Part shown: piece after piece, positions 1 through 10,248 of the stretch
How the letters are laid out: every line of letters starts with the position of its first letter
Numbering within the stretch: the stretch's first letter is position 1
Assembly (NCBI GenBank): GCA_035389045.1
Contig: DAOORA010000001.1
Span: forward strand, 9,458 to 73,457
DNA: 64,000 bases
Reading direction: 5' to 3'
Source: Bacteroidales bacterium
GTDB taxonomy: Bacteria; Bacteroidota; Bacteroidia; Bacteroidales; CAIWKO01
Program-made: the position numbers and the translations under genes
Notes under the pieces: generated by a model
Seen by the model: only the letters and a program-made list of their open reading frames with translations
What the model was told of the DNA's origin: nothing
The model's database searches: none

Positions 1-2667
1 TTTAACCAGGGATGCTGGGGACCCGAAGGCAGCGCCACGGTGACCATTAATGCTGTTCCCGGTGTGGTGTCTGTGAGCGGCGATACGGTACAATGCGGTG
101 GCACTGTTACCTTACAGGCTTCAGGCGGGCTGGGAGGAACTCTTTACTGGCAGGGAATGACCAGCGGGGGCATGTCCACTGCTACAGCTTCCTCCTCACA
201 AACGGTCGACACATCAGGAACATACTATTTTCGTTCTTATAACCAGGGATGCTGGGGCAGTGAAGGAAGCGCCACGGTAACCATTGAGCCGGCAATAGGC
301 TCCCCGGTATTTATTCCCGGTCCGGACACCTCACGCTGTCAGGGCGCCGGTACCGTCAGTTATACGGCATCGTCTGCCAACAGTACCTACATTGCATACA
401 GCCTGGATGCAACCAGTCTTGCGGCAGGTAACACCATAGACACTGCTACAGGTTTTGTGAACTTCACTGCCGGATGGAGCGGAATTTCTGTCATCACGGC
501 AACAGCCTATGGTTGCGGCGGCCCCCAAACGGTAAGCCATACCGTCATGACCATTGCCAACGTCCAGGTAGGGGTATCTGTCTTGGTATTCCCCTCAGAT
601 ACAATTTGTTCCGGCGAAACTGTCACTTTTACGGCCGTTCCGGCAAGCGGGATAATCAATCCGTTTTATCAATGGTACCTCAATGGAGATGAAACCGGCA
701 GTAATATTCCTTCATTTACAAGTTCAACGCTGAATATACACGATACCATATTTTGCAGACTGATTTCCGATGCATTCTGTGTGACAGGAAACCCTGCCTC
801 ATCAAACTCCATTGTAATGACTGTAAACCCTGGCATTAATGCTTCACTGAGCATTTCAACACCCGACAACCCTGCCTGTGAAAATTCAAACGTTACTTTT
901 TCGGCTTCCCCTGTTCATGGCGGCACCAATCCGGTTTATCAATGGTATCTGAACCATGTAGCGACTGGTAACGGAAGCAGCGCGTATTCATGTGATTCCC
1001 TGGCAAACGGGGATACGATCAGTTGTGTACTCCATTCAAATGAGGCTTGTGTGATGAACAACCCTGTCTTTTCGAATACAGTTCACATGGTGATCAATCA
1101 GACACCAATAGCTGATGCCGGAACGGATACAACCTATTCCGGAACGCCAATCCTGATCGGCAATCCATCAAACGGCCCGGGAACCATCAGCTGGTCGCCG
1201 GCCACAGGATTAAATAATCCGACACTGGCCCAGCCTGCAGCTTCACCGTCCATTACGACAACCTATACGTTAACTGTTGACCACAACGGCTGTGTAAATT
1301 CCGATACGGTTAAAATCATTGCCGGCGGAGCAGTATATACCATCTCCGGCAAAACACGTTATTTAAATATGGCAATTCCGGGTATTGTGGGCGTTCCCCC
1401 GACGTATAATTCTGTACTATATAATATCGATAAGGTTATTGTGATACTGAAAGACTATATGGGTGCAGAACTGGCCAGAGACACCAGCGATGCGCTCGGG
1501 AATTTTCAGTTCATAAATATTGCGGATGGGAACTATGCGCTGTTTTATGATAAATACACCCAGGATACCATGCAGTGGGGTAATGATGTAAATGCCATAG
1601 ATGTGGCATTAATAAAACATCTCATCGGTTGTGACACTCTTATAGATCCTTCCAGAAATTTTTCATCCAAATATAAAAAAGCTGCCAATGTTGACAACAA
1701 CGCTTCGATAAATTCCATTGATATTTCCAGGATCAAAGCTAAAATAGGCTCGCCTTACAACACGGTCAAGAATTTCCCGCAAGGTAACTGGATAGCTCTT
1801 GATACCGCTGTTATCGTGGCCGGTTCCGACCTGAACATTATCCTGAAAACCATTTGTTACGGCGATTATAATGCTTCATGTGTCAAATACCGCGATTCGC
1901 TGGTTAACTGGGGCGGTGCAAAATCATTGTCTTCGGAGATCATTGTTACATCTGACGAATATGTCACGACCAGTGATCCCTCATATTTTGAAGTACCCCT
2001 GAGGATCAGTACCAAAATCAATGAGTTCTCCGCCATGAGCCTTGAACTAAACTACCCCTCTAAAGATTTCAGGCTGGTAAGCGCTGTTATGCCCAACACC
2101 ACTGACAAAAACGGGATAGTGAAGATCAACCCCACCCTCGAAGAGATCATTGCTGATGACAATGACCTGCTGGTGACGGATGAAGATGGCGTGATCCGGG
2201 TCGTATATGCCACCACAAACCATTATGATGTAGCTGCTAATGACAAGATGATCATTTTGGGTTTTGCTCCGGCCAATACACCCGACCTCGGAGAAGTTGA
2301 ATTTTCACTCAGCGGTACGGGTGTTCTCGGAGACCAGTATGGTAATGAAAATGAAGACGCATACCTGATCATGCCCAAAGTCTTTATTCAGGGGGCTGAA
2401 ACAGGATTTGAATTCTCGGGTTATCCTAACCCGTTCTACGGTGAAGCCACACTGAATTACAACATCCCGGAAAACGGGAACGTAAAACTTACCTTATATA
2501 ATGCCATCGGCGAACTGGTGAATGAGCTTGTAAATGAAAGTCAGATGAGCGGAAAACACGCTGTTGAGTTTTCACCAAAGTCGATGCCGGCCGGCATGTA
2601 CACGTTTAAACTGGAATTTGAAGGGCAGAACATTTCCAAATGCCTGGTATTGAAGCTTGTTCACTGA
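1..2667 (+). CDS. Large secreted multidomain protein (5' partial): tandem Cys-containing Ig-like repeats, dockerin-like and cohesin-like modules, T9SS C-terminal sorting domain
   Basis: Frame 1 is open from base 1. FNQGCWGPEGSATVTINAVPG repeats the internal YNQGCWGSEGSATVTIEPA, so the GTG at 40 is not the true start. Internal repeats of type C.G..VTF.A.P..G..NP.YQWYLN. ANVDNNASINSIDISRIKAKIG resembles a dockerin Ca-binding repeat. C-terminus GYPNPFYGEATLNYNIPENGNVKLTLYNAIGELV...GMYTFKLEF is typical of a Por/T9SS CTD. Confidence 0.8.
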   Translation, partial: FNQGCWGPEGSATVTINAVPGVVSVSGDTVQCGGTVTLQASGGLGGTLYWQGMTSGGMSTATASSSQTVDTSGTYYFRSYNQGCWGSEGSATVTIEPAIGSPVFIPGPDTSRCQGAGTVSYTASSANSTYIAYSLDATSLAAGNTIDTATGFVNFTAGWSGISVITATAYGCGGPQTVSHTVMTIANVQVGVSVLVFPSDTICSGETVTFTAVPASGIINPFYQWYLNGDETGSNIPSFTSSTLNIHDTIFCRLISDAFCVTGNPASSNSIVMTVNPGINASLSISTPDNPACENSNVTFSASPVHGGTNPVYQWYLNHVATGNGSSAYSCDSLANGDTISCVLHSNEACVMNNPVFSNTVHMVINQTPIADAGTDTTYSGTPILIGNPSNGPGTISWSPATGLNNPTLAQPAASPSITTTYTLTVDHNGCVNSDTVKIIAGGAVYTISGKTRYLNMAIPGIVGVPPTYNSVLYNIDKVIVILKDYMGAELARDTSDALGNFQFINIADGNYALFYDKYTQDTMQWGNDVNAIDVALIKHLIGCDTLIDPSRNFSSKYKKAANVDNNASINSIDISRIKAKIGSPYNTVKNFPQGNWIALDTAVIVAGSDLNIILKTICYGDYNASCVKYRDSLVNWGGAKSLSSEIIVTSDEYVTTSDPSYFEVPLRISTKINEFSAMSLELNYPSKDFRLVSAVMPNTTDKNGIVKINPTLEEIIADDNDLLVTDEDGVIRVVYATTNHYDVAANDKMIILGFAPANTPDLGEVEFSLSGTGVLGDQYGNENEDAYLIMPKVFIQGAETGFEFSGYPNPFYGEATLNYNIPENGNVKLTLYNAIGELVNELVNESQMSGKHAVEFSPKSMPAGMYTFKLEFEGQNISKCLVLKLVH

Positions 2668-2717
2668 GAATTTAATGTACCGTACAACTTGAAATGTTGT
2701 CGTACTATTACGTGTAT

Positions 2718-3068
2718 TACCGATTGCAATAGTTTAAAAATTAGAAAAGCGTTTATAACTTAATATTGCGCTTTTGTTTCTGTTGTAAACATGAGATTTT
2801 TCTCTTACTTTTTTGCGTGTCCAAAAAAGTAAGCAAAAAAGGACCTCCTGGCGAATGCTTCAGCCCGCTCTCAGAAAACATTGAAAATCTATGCAAAGTA
2901 GTCCTGACGCAGCATAGCTGGTCAGGAAACCCCGCCTGTGGCGGGGCCTTTGCAGATTTTCAAATGTTTTCTGATTCACGCCACCGCCGGCTCGCACGCC
3001 AGGAAATGCCCGCGCGCCAAATATCGGCTAAGCTATCCCGAAAAAAGCCAGATTGTTTCGCAGAAAAC
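2718..3068. repeat. Copy 1 of a tandem roughly 350-nt hairpin-rich element (period about 392-393 bp)
   Basis: Near-identical to 3110-3461. Contains a roughly 27-bp outer stem (tcagaaaacattgaaaatctatgcaaag ... ctttgcagattttcaaatgttttctga, 2871-2974). The stem encloses two 7-bp hairpins (tcctgac/gtcagga and ccccgcc/ggcgggg). An upstream hairpin cttactttttt/aaaaaagtaag is also present. Confidence 0.85.
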
Positions 3069-3109
3069 AAATTCTTAATTATTTGATTATGAGATTTTAA
3101 AGCGAGTTA

Positions 3110-3461
3110 TACCGATTGCCAGTAGTTTAGAAATTAGAAAATCGTTTATAACTTAATATTACGCTTTTGTTTCTGTTATAAACATGAGATTTTTCTCTTA
3201 CTTTTTTGCGTGTCCAAAAAAGTAAGCAAAAAAGGACCTCCTGGCGAATGCTTCAGCCCGCTCTCAGAAAACATTGAAAATCTATGCAAAGTAGTCCTGA
3301 CGCAGCATAGCTGGTCAGGAAACCCCGCCTGTGGCGGGGCCTTTGCAGATTTTCAAATGTTTTCTGATTCACGCCACCGCCGGCCCGCACGCCAGGAAAT
3401 GCCCGCGCGCCTATTATCGGCTAAGCTATCCCGAAAAAAGCCGGATTGTTTCTCAGAAATT
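3110..3461. repeat. Copy 2 of the tandem hairpin-rich element
   Basis: Aligns base for base with copy 1 apart from a few substitutions or indels. The same three-way stem structure lies at about 3264-3367. Confidence 0.85.
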
Positions 3462-3825
3462 CATTACTATGACAAATAACACTCCTTCCATTTTGGAAAA
3501 AAATGAAGGTAAACAAAACATACGTTTCTGTTTTTGAGCAATAAAGAAGCGAAACAAAAGTTGCTGACAGTAAAAATAAACTTATTTGGTGTCTCTTGGA
3601 TTTTATCTCTTCTTAATTTTCTGAAATTATAATTGGTGTCCCAGTGGCGAAGTCAGGAAAGAGGGTGTCCCAAAATATTATTTAAATGATTTTCACCGCC
3701 TTCTTACCCCTTCCATAAAGGGTGGAAGTCGCTGAAAATCAACACCATTCAGGGACGGGGTAATGATGATTTCCAGTAAAGGCTATTTTTGAGACAGCCG
3801 CTTTTTTTCTGAAGGTACCGAAAAT

Positions 3826-5400
3826 CTATTGGTTCACGTTGTGAAGATCCTTCAGCTTTTCCCACGGGCCCAGATCATATTTGCGTATCATCTGCCGGTA
3901 CAACTCTGCATCCTTATTCAGCTTTTTGATATGTTTGTGATAGCTGACCATAGAGAGCAAATGCGAGAATCCCATGTCTACGGCTACTTTTTTTTGCCTG
4001 ATCAGGGCAATCATATACATAAAGAATCTGCGTTTGTATGGTTCCGGACGGAAAACGAACTCATTCAACAGTTTGAGAAGCAACTTAATGATAAAGCCGG
4101 TGCCTGGCCTGCCATCATTGTAAGGCTTTATAAAATATCCGTCGCCAAAAAGTATTTTTGCTTTATAATAGAGGGATTCGTAAGCATACATTTTAGAGAG
4201 TGTTTCAAGGTATTTATCGAACAACGCTATCTGCGACATCTTATAATAATGGATGCATGGAAATAACCCGCCCATCATATCCGTATCTATATCATACATC
4301 CTGCCTTCGGCAGTAAGTCGCTTCTGCAATTCAGAACCAAAAGGAGCGCCAAGAATATTAAAATTGATGTACGACAATCCCGTCCGCTGCGTAAACTCGT
4401 ACAAGCGGTCGAATTCTTCCGGTGTATCATTATCAAAACCTATAACAAATGATGCGGTGATATGTATCCCGTGGGCATGGATCTTTTTGATCGCATCTTC
4501 ATAGATCAGCGCCTCACGGTTTTGTTTTTTCTTTGTTTCAAACAGGCTGCCGGCATTCAATGATTCAAAGCCGATGAGAATATTGAAACAGCCGGCATTA
4601 TTCATTTCCGTCAGCAAATCGTCTTCTTTTGCAATTTCGATGCTCGACATGCAGCCCCATGATATGTTGAGGGGCATCAGTTCTTTCATAAGTTCGTGGG
4701 CATAACGTTTATTAGCCGTCAGGTTATCATCCACAAACAGCATCTTCCTCACCGGAAGAGATTTGATCTCCTGCACCACATTAGAAATTTCACGGTAACG
4801 CATTTTGTTCCCGAACAAATTGGTGACAAGGCAAAACTCACACTTATAAGGGCAGCCACGCGATACCTGTATCCCCACCTGGAAAACTTTTTTCATATCC
4901 ACCAAATCCCAACGGGGAAGTGGTGTCTCTTTAAAGTCGCAATACTCGTGTGTGTCGTAAATTTTCTGAAGGCATCCCTGTTCATAATCCGCCAGGCATT
5001 TCCGCCACGAACCTTCTGCTTCTCCTATCACAATAGCATCGGCATGAAGAACTGCTTCATCGGTCATAAACGAAACGTAGGGGCCTCCGATAATAACTTT
5101 TGCTCCCCGGGATCTGTACCAATCGCCTATTTCGTAGGCTCTTTTAGCCGTGGTTGCCAGGGCTGATATGCCGACTATTTCGGGAATCTCGTCTGGCAGT
5201 GACTCCAGGTCTTCATCAATGATACGAACATCATATTCCGGCGGTGTAATAGCCGCAATCATAGGCATGGCCAGTGAAAGCATGAACTTCTTTTTACCCA
5301 TCATTTTACAGAGTTCTGTCTGCCCGTAATAATTCACAAACTTCTGTCCGGGTAAGACCAGAAAGATACGTTTTCTGCTGTAGGATATTCCGCCCGTCAT
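3826..5400 (-). CDS. B12-binding domain radical SAM protein
   Basis: CX3CX2C motif SRGCPYKCEFC. The N-terminal Rossmann-like region (IFLVLPG..., VIIGGPYVSF) is typical of cobalamin-binding class B radical SAM enzymes. Confidence 0.8.
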   Translation of the reverse strand: MTGGISYSRKRIFLVLPGQKFVNYYGQTELCKMMGKKKFMLSLAMPMIAAITPPEYDVRIIDEDLESLPDEIPEIVGISALATTAKRAYEIGDWYRSRGAKVIIGGPYVSFMTDEAVLHADAIVIGEAEGSWRKCLADYEQGCLQKIYDTHEYCDFKETPLPRWDLVDMKKVFQVGIQVSRGCPYKCEFCLVTNLFGNKMRYREISNVVQEIKSLPVRKMLFVDDNLTANKRYAHELMKELMPLNISWGCMSSIEIAKEDDLLTEMNNAGCFNILIGFESLNAGSLFETKKKQNREALIYEDAIKKIHAHGIHITASFVIGFDNDTPEEFDRLYEFTQRTGLSYINFNILGAPFGSELQKRLTAEGRMYDIDTDMMGGLFPCIHYYKMSQIALFDKYLETLSKMYAYESLYYKAKILFGDGYFIKPYNDGRPGTGFIIKLLLKLLNEFVFRPEPYKRRFFMYMIALIRQKKVAVDMGFSHLLSMVSYHKHIKKLNKDAELYRQMIRKYDLGPWEKLKDLHNVNQ

Positions 5401-5403
5401 AAC

Positions 5404-6513
5404 TTAAAAATAACGAAGTGTAAAACCGGCCTGCATAAATTTACTGACCTCGGTGACAAAGCTCAGGATCATATCGTTTTCATATAATTTCTCCTCTCTC
5501 ATAATTTTATCGAGGCAAATGAACACCATAGGCGGGCCAACATAGCCCATGTCATTCATCCTGGTATAGAGCGTTTCTTTTTTAATCCCCAACTGCCCGC
5601 ACTCCTCTATGATCATTTCAGCAATATGCTTTGAAGGAAAATTCACCTGAAAATATTTTAATGCGGAGAGATCAATGTGGTAAGTTTCGATCATGCGCTT
5701 CAATCCTTTAAAAAAAACCGAACCGTCTGCATCATGAAAATGCAGGCGTAACTGCTCGTTGAACATCTGTGCCAGGTGGTGATCGCCGTGTTCAAACTCC
5801 AGTCTGGGATTCTGCCAGTAGGCAGGGCGCCTGTTGAGCATGGCTGCCGGTTTATTACCTCCTACAGATTCCATGTATACATTTTCGACGAACAGCCCTT
5901 TTTGGACTTCAGCTTTCTGTAAAATCAATGCCCCTGCCCCGTCACACAAAAAATACCTTAAAAACAACTCTTCTTTGGTAAGTAAGGGCTGGTTGTAATA
6001 TTCTGCAATAAGTTCGGAAGAAGAAATTCCCGATGATACGACCAAAGCATTATCATACCTGCCGCAGCGTATAAACTCGTATGCCACCAGCAGCGCTTTA
6101 TAGGCCGAGGTGCAATTAGCATGAATTGAAATCTCGGAACACTCCTCAATGCCAAGCGCCTCCTGTATCCGCACGCTGGCTGTAGGCATCTGATGCTGAT
6201 GTGCGCTGCCATAGGCAATAAAGCTGATCTCCTGTGGTTTCAGCCCGGCCATGTCAAGAGCTTCATGAGCCGCTTTGACCGCCATGGAGACATTGTCTTC
6301 GGTAAATTTCCGGGTATCAGGGTCAATGGCATAATGATAATAGCCGATATCGAGCATTTCTTTCATCAGCGGCCTGATGCGGGAAAGCCATTTTGCCACC
6401 GGTGCAGGGGCATCTGTTATTTCCCCGAGGTAGCTGTCGGTTTCTTCAAAAGAAACCGGCCTGCCCGGCAAAAACCTCCCTGTTCCGGTTATTTTAACCC
6501 TGTTGAACGACAT
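5404..6513 (-). CDS. 3-oxoacyl-ACP synthase III (KASIII/FabH-like) family condensing enzyme
   Basis: N-terminus VKITGTGRFLPGRPVSFEE, candidate active-site Cys context IHANCTSAYKAL, thiolase-fold length of 369 aa. Confidence 0.65.
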   Translation of the reverse strand: MSFNRVKITGTGRFLPGRPVSFEETDSYLGEITDAPAPVAKWLSRIRPLMKEMLDIGYYHYAIDPDTRKFTEDNVSMAVKAAHEALDMAGLKPQEISFIAYGSAHQHQMPTASVRIQEALGIEECSEISIHANCTSAYKALLVAYEFIRCGRYDNALVVSSGISSSELIAEYYNQPLLTKEELFLRYFLCDGAGALILQKAEVQKGLFVENVYMESVGGNKPAAMLNRRPAYWQNPRLEFEHGDHHLAQMFNEQLRLHFHDADGSVFFKGLKRMIETYHIDLSALKYFQVNFPSKHIAEMIIEECGQLGIKKETLYTRMNDMGYVGPPMVFICLDKIMREEKLYENDMILSFVTEVSKFMQAGFTLRYF

Positions 6514-6732
6514 CGTTTATATATATTTTGCCTTTATTTGTATTGGAGTTTTACTAAGAAATAACGAACATAACGTATAAAAACTTATTTTACTCTATAC
6601 TTATTTTTATTGCCGGGACAAATTTACCAAAGATCAGCAACAACTTACAATAACTGACCGTTCTTTTACACATTTCTGTTCCCTGAACTTATACATTATT
6701 CATCACAGAATGACGATTCCTGATTCATGTCC

Positions 6733-7389
6733 TCACATATATTTTCCGATATAATAATTTCTCAGTTTTGGATTATAGTTTTTATATATTTTTTCAGCGA
6801 AATCAACGGCTTTTGCCATAACTTCCTTTCTCCTTACAATCTTATCCACAAGCCCTGTTTGCCGGGCATCCTGTGCGTTCAGGTTTTTTCCCGTAAGCAT
6901 CAGCTCGATTGCAGTTTTTTTATCCGTATAATCCGAAAGATATACAGAACCTCCGCAGCCCGTCATCAGGTTATATCCTGCTTCGGGAAATCCCATGATA
7001 ATATTTTCGGCAGCAATCCGAAAATGGCACGACATGGCCAGTTCCATGGCAGAGCCCAGGCATACTCCTTTAATAGCGGCTATTACAGGTATTCCGGCCA
7101 TGTAAAACCTTTTGAATGTGCGGCTGTTGGCAATATAAAAATCTCTGGCCTGATGCGTGTTTTCTCCGTCAAACGACAGCAGGTCGCGGATGTCCGCCCC
7201 TGAGGAGAAATGCCTGCCTGTTCCGCTGATTATGAGGGCTTTCAGACGTTCATCATGGAAGGCCATATCAGACAACTCGTGGATCTCATAGAAAAAAAGT
7301 TTATTCATACTGTTGGCCGGTGGGCTGTTCAGTTCAATAAACCCGATATGATCTTCGAAACGCCAGTTGATAGTCTGATACTTTACCAT
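6733..7389 (-). CDS. Enoyl-CoA hydratase/isomerase (crotonase) family protein
   Basis: GTGRHFSSGADI oxyanion-hole motif and crotonase-like length. 7-nt overlap with the upstream paralog. Confidence 0.75.
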   Translation of the reverse strand: MVKYQTINWRFEDHIGFIELNSPPANSMNKLFFYEIHELSDMAFHDERLKALIISGTGRHFSSGADIRDLLSFDGENTHQARDFYIANSRTFKRFYMAGIPVIAAIKGVCLGSAMELAMSCHFRIAAENIIMGFPEAGYNLMTGCGGSVYLSDYTDKKTAIELMLTGKNLNAQDARQTGLVDKIVRRKEVMAKAVDFAEKIYKNYNPKLRNYYIGKYM

Positions 7390-8132
7390 ATTTCGGATTT
7401 TCTCCTTTGCGCTTCCTCAAGTGCGAGTTTGCAGAACATTCTTGTTTCTTCATGCAGGGCTTCATGCAGGGGAAGTTTATTGGCATTGTGTATGGCCTGC
7501 ATGATCGAACAGATCACATTTTTGGGCTTGGTGCTGACCATATTCTTCAGATATTTCAATGAAGCTCCCAACACATCATCATCTGAAACATAATGTACAA
7601 TGTTATATTTTAATGCTTTTTCCGCATCAATGATATCGCCTGACAATAAAAGTGAAATCGCATGATGATCTCCTGACTGCTTCACCATGCGTGCAATACC
7701 GCCAAGTCCGGGCATCAGGCCGTGGTTTATCTCCGGGAAGGCAAAAAGCGATTTGGCGGATGCAAAGCGTATGTGACACGCCATGGCAATTTCGAGGCCG
7801 CCACCCAGGCAGGCGCCGGTAATGGCAGCTACGACTGGTATTTTCAGTCCAAAGATATGATCCAGCAGTTGTGATCCGGCTGTCATCTCTTTTGTCAAAA
7901 TATCAGCATCGCAGGCGGTTTCAAAAAGTTTTTCCAGGTCGGCCCCGGCAGAAAAATGCCTGCCCGTACCCGTAATGATAACACCTTTTATGTCTTCATC
8001 TTCTGCAATACTATTCAATTTGTCCACACTAATAAATGCTGGTGATGGCAGATAATTCTGCGGAGGATTGTTTATTCTGATGACAGCAATACACCCATTC
8101 TTTTCGACAACGACATTTGCAGTTTCTTTCAA
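7383..8132 (-). CDS. Enoyl-CoA hydratase/isomerase (crotonase) family protein
   Basis: GTGRHFSAGADL and ACLGGGLEIAMACH motifs. Confidence 0.8.
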   Translation of the reverse strand: MKETANVVVEKNGCIAVIRINNPPQNYLPSPAFISVDKLNSIAEDEDIKGVIITGTGRHFSAGADLEKLFETACDADILTKEMTAGSQLLDHIFGLKIPVVAAITGACLGGGLEIAMACHIRFASAKSLFAFPEINHGLMPGLGGIARMVKQSGDHHAISLLLSGDIIDAEKALKYNIVHYVSDDDVLGASLKYLKNMVSTKPKNVICSIMQAIHNANKLPLHEALHEETRMFCKLALEEAQRRKSEIW

Positions 8133-8527
8133 TTCATGCTGTTTTTGGTGAGTAAAACTTCATATTCGGGGGATATTCCGCAAGGTATCCTTTCACTGTT
8201 TAACGGTATTGTTTTTACGGTAGTGTGGGAGAGTTTCTGTCCGTTGTCAGCATTGAACATATATTGCTTAAAGACAATATAGGGGCCTGAGAACTCCACT
8301 TTGCTTTTTATCAGGATGTTATCAAACAAGCGGGCTTCTTTAGAATAACGGATATTGATTTCTGTTACTACCAATAAAATTTTTTCTGACTTTAATTTTT
8401 CGAGCAGACCTGTTTCACGCATGATTTCCCATCTTGCCTGCTCATAATAATTCAGATAAACAGCATTGTTCACATGGTCGTAGGAGTCCAACTCATAACC
8501 TCTGACGGATAAGCGATATTCGAACAT
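8129..8527 (-). CDS. Acyl-CoA/acyl-ACP thioesterase, 4HBT (YbgC-like hotdog) family
   Basis: YELDSYDHVNNAVYLNYYEQARWEIM matches the hotdog thioesterase signature. 132 aa. Confidence 0.75.
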   Translation of the reverse strand: MFEYRLSVRGYELDSYDHVNNAVYLNYYEQARWEIMRETGLLEKLKSEKILLVVTEINIRYSKEARLFDNILIKSKVEFSGPYIVFKQYMFNADNGQKLSHTTVKTIPLNSERIPCGISPEYEVLLTKNSMN

Positions 8528-8548
8528 TTTTTCTGGTAAGATATTATT

Positions 8549-8953
8549 TTAGAGTTTGGGGGCCAATCCGATGAGCTCATCCACCCTGGATTTCGCTATC
8601 TGCGACCATTTCGGGTCAATGAATCTGTTTCCATCCCAGGAAAAGTCCACACGGTAAAAATTTTCATTCATAAAAGTCAGTTTTGATTTTGCATCCGGTG
8701 TATGGACAATAAACATCATTTTGCCAGGGTCAATTGTAAAGGCGAAACCGATCAATGTTGCAAGAGGTGCGCAGAAGTTGGTCACTGAGGTTCCCGGGTT
8801 TTCGGCATATAATTCAGTAGCAATAACCACGGTGTGCTGTTCATTCTTTACAATCTTCAACCCGCAACGTGAGGGTACATCCCACTGTCCTTTAAAATCA
8901 TAAACCTCATCGAAATAATCCGAATTGATATCCTTGTTGAAATGTTTGATCAT
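8549..8953 (-). CDS. Hypothetical protein (134 aa) embedded in the biosynthetic cluster
   Basis: Clean ORF in the same orientation and tightly spaced with its neighbours. No motif recognised. Confidence 0.5.
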   Translation of the reverse strand: MIKHFNKDINSDYFDEVYDFKGQWDVPSRCGLKIVKNEQHTVVIATELYAENPGTSVTNFCAPLATLIGFAFTIDPGKMMFIVHTPDAKSKLTFMNENFYRVDFSWDGNRFIDPKWSQIAKSRVDELIGLAPKL

Positions 8954-8974
8954 AGTTATTAAGTAGAATATGTT

Positions 8975-10240
8975 TTACCTGTTAACTTTTTTACCGAAAG
9001 ATCTGTTGGCCAATTCTTCGCGAACAGGCTTATACGTGCCATTGGCAATTTCTTTCATGATCACTGTCCTGAAAAGTTTGAACATTTTTTCAGATTGTGA
9101 TTCATCTTTGTAAAAAGTATCCCATGCATAGTGATACAATTCCTGCAGGCGTTCAGGCGTCATATGCTTTGGTTGGATAACCACTTTTCCTGCATTGAAA
9201 TTGTTCCAGTCGTGATCAATGATCCTGTTCTGCCTGAGCAGGTCGTCATAAGCTTTCGTATGAGGAAAAGGTGTAAGAACTGTGAATTCGGCCAGGTCGA
9301 GGTTTATCTCCAGCAGGAAATCGATAAGGCGTTTGATATCATCTTCGGTATGGTCATCGGTTCCGAGCAGTATGGTGCCTTCGACGGCAATACCATGATC
9401 GTGGTAGCGTTTTATCCTGTCGCGTATATAATCGGAAGTGTCAAATACGGCCTGATAAACAAACCATGCACCGGCCTGTGCTGCCAGGTCGAGCACCTCG
9501 TCGTCATTTTCTATGGGATGTGAACACCAGTTTTTCTTAAACGGAATCATCTCACGGAAAAGGTCCAGTTCCCATTGTTTGTCCTGAGCAAGAGAATTAT
9601 CGACGATAAAAAGCCTGTTGTTATCAATGGTTGCCAATTCTTCAACGACGCGGTCAACAGGCCTGGGACGGAAACATTTTCCGCCGAGGTATGCCACTGC
9701 ACAGGGATAACAATTATACTTACACCCGCGTGAGGCATGAAACAGGTCGACCATGCGCACCCCTTTGTGATAATATTTCTCCTTATTGAGAATATCGCGC
9801 CGGGCAGGGCCTATAGTATTAATATCGGGATGAACAGCAAGATAATTATATACTTTCTGAAGTTTATCATTCCTGAAATCATCGAAAACTTTTTCGAGGC
9901 GGCCTTCTGCTTCTCCCAGAAATATGGAGTCGGCATATTCCAGTGTTTCTTCCGCATGGAGCATAGTAGAGATACCTCCGAAGATCACTTTTTTTCCGCG
10001 TTTGTGGTATTCCGATGCTATCTGCCAGCCGCGTTTTATCTGGCCGGTAAGCATCATCGAAATGCCAATAAAATCGGCATCATCATCAAAAGTAAGTTCA
10101 TCCACGTTCTCATCAACAAATTCAATATGAACATAAGCAGGCAGCGCTGCAGCCATCACAACCGGCCCGTGGGGCGGAAGGTTGAACGTGGTCTGCCCTT
10201 CGAGTTTTTCCCATTTAGGATAAATAAGTTTGAATTTCAT
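8975..10240 (-). CDS. B12-binding domain radical SAM protein (second copy)
   Basis: CX3CX2C motif SRGCKYNCYPC. N-terminal B12-binding-like region (VIFGGISTMLH). Confidence 0.8.
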   Translation of the reverse strand: MKFKLIYPKWEKLEGQTTFNLPPHGPVVMAAALPAYVHIEFVDENVDELTFDDDADFIGISMMLTGQIKRGWQIASEYHKRGKKVIFGGISTMLHAEETLEYADSIFLGEAEGRLEKVFDDFRNDKLQKVYNYLAVHPDINTIGPARRDILNKEKYYHKGVRMVDLFHASRGCKYNCYPCAVAYLGGKCFRPRPVDRVVEELATIDNNRLFIVDNSLAQDKQWELDLFREMIPFKKNWCSHPIENDDEVLDLAAQAGAWFVYQAVFDTSDYIRDRIKRYHDHGIAVEGTILLGTDDHTEDDIKRLIDFLLEINLDLAEFTVLTPFPHTKAYDDLLRQNRIIDHDWNNFNAGKVVIQPKHMTPERLQELYHYAWDTFYKDESQSEKMFKLFRTVIMKEIANGTYKPVREELANRSFGKKVNR

Positions 10241-10248
10241 ATGGTCGT

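Noticed and set aside
2766-3479. ORFs 2766-3086 (106 aa) and 3210-3479 (89 aa) as duplicated protein genes
   Set aside because: They lie wholly inside the tandem hairpin-rich repeat and their translations are low-complexity (…KKVSKKGPPGECFS…RHRR…). The two copies differ in start and end, and the sequence is dominated by long inverted repeats. This looks more like RNA or a repeat element than coding sequence.
3538-3825. Cobalamin riboswitch associated with the B12-radical SAM genes
   Set aside because: The region is downstream, not upstream, of the minus-strand gene. I could not find a B12-box-like core in this region or at 10241-10248 or 6514-6732.
6514-6732. Tiny minus-strand ORFs (such as MYKFREQKCVKERSVIVSCC) as a RiPP precursor for the radical SAM enzymes
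   Set aside because: They are too short and have no ribosome-binding or leader features that I can support. The cluster context (KASIII, crotonases, acyltransferases, MMPL) points to lipid rather than peptide chemistry. Kept only as a remote possibility.
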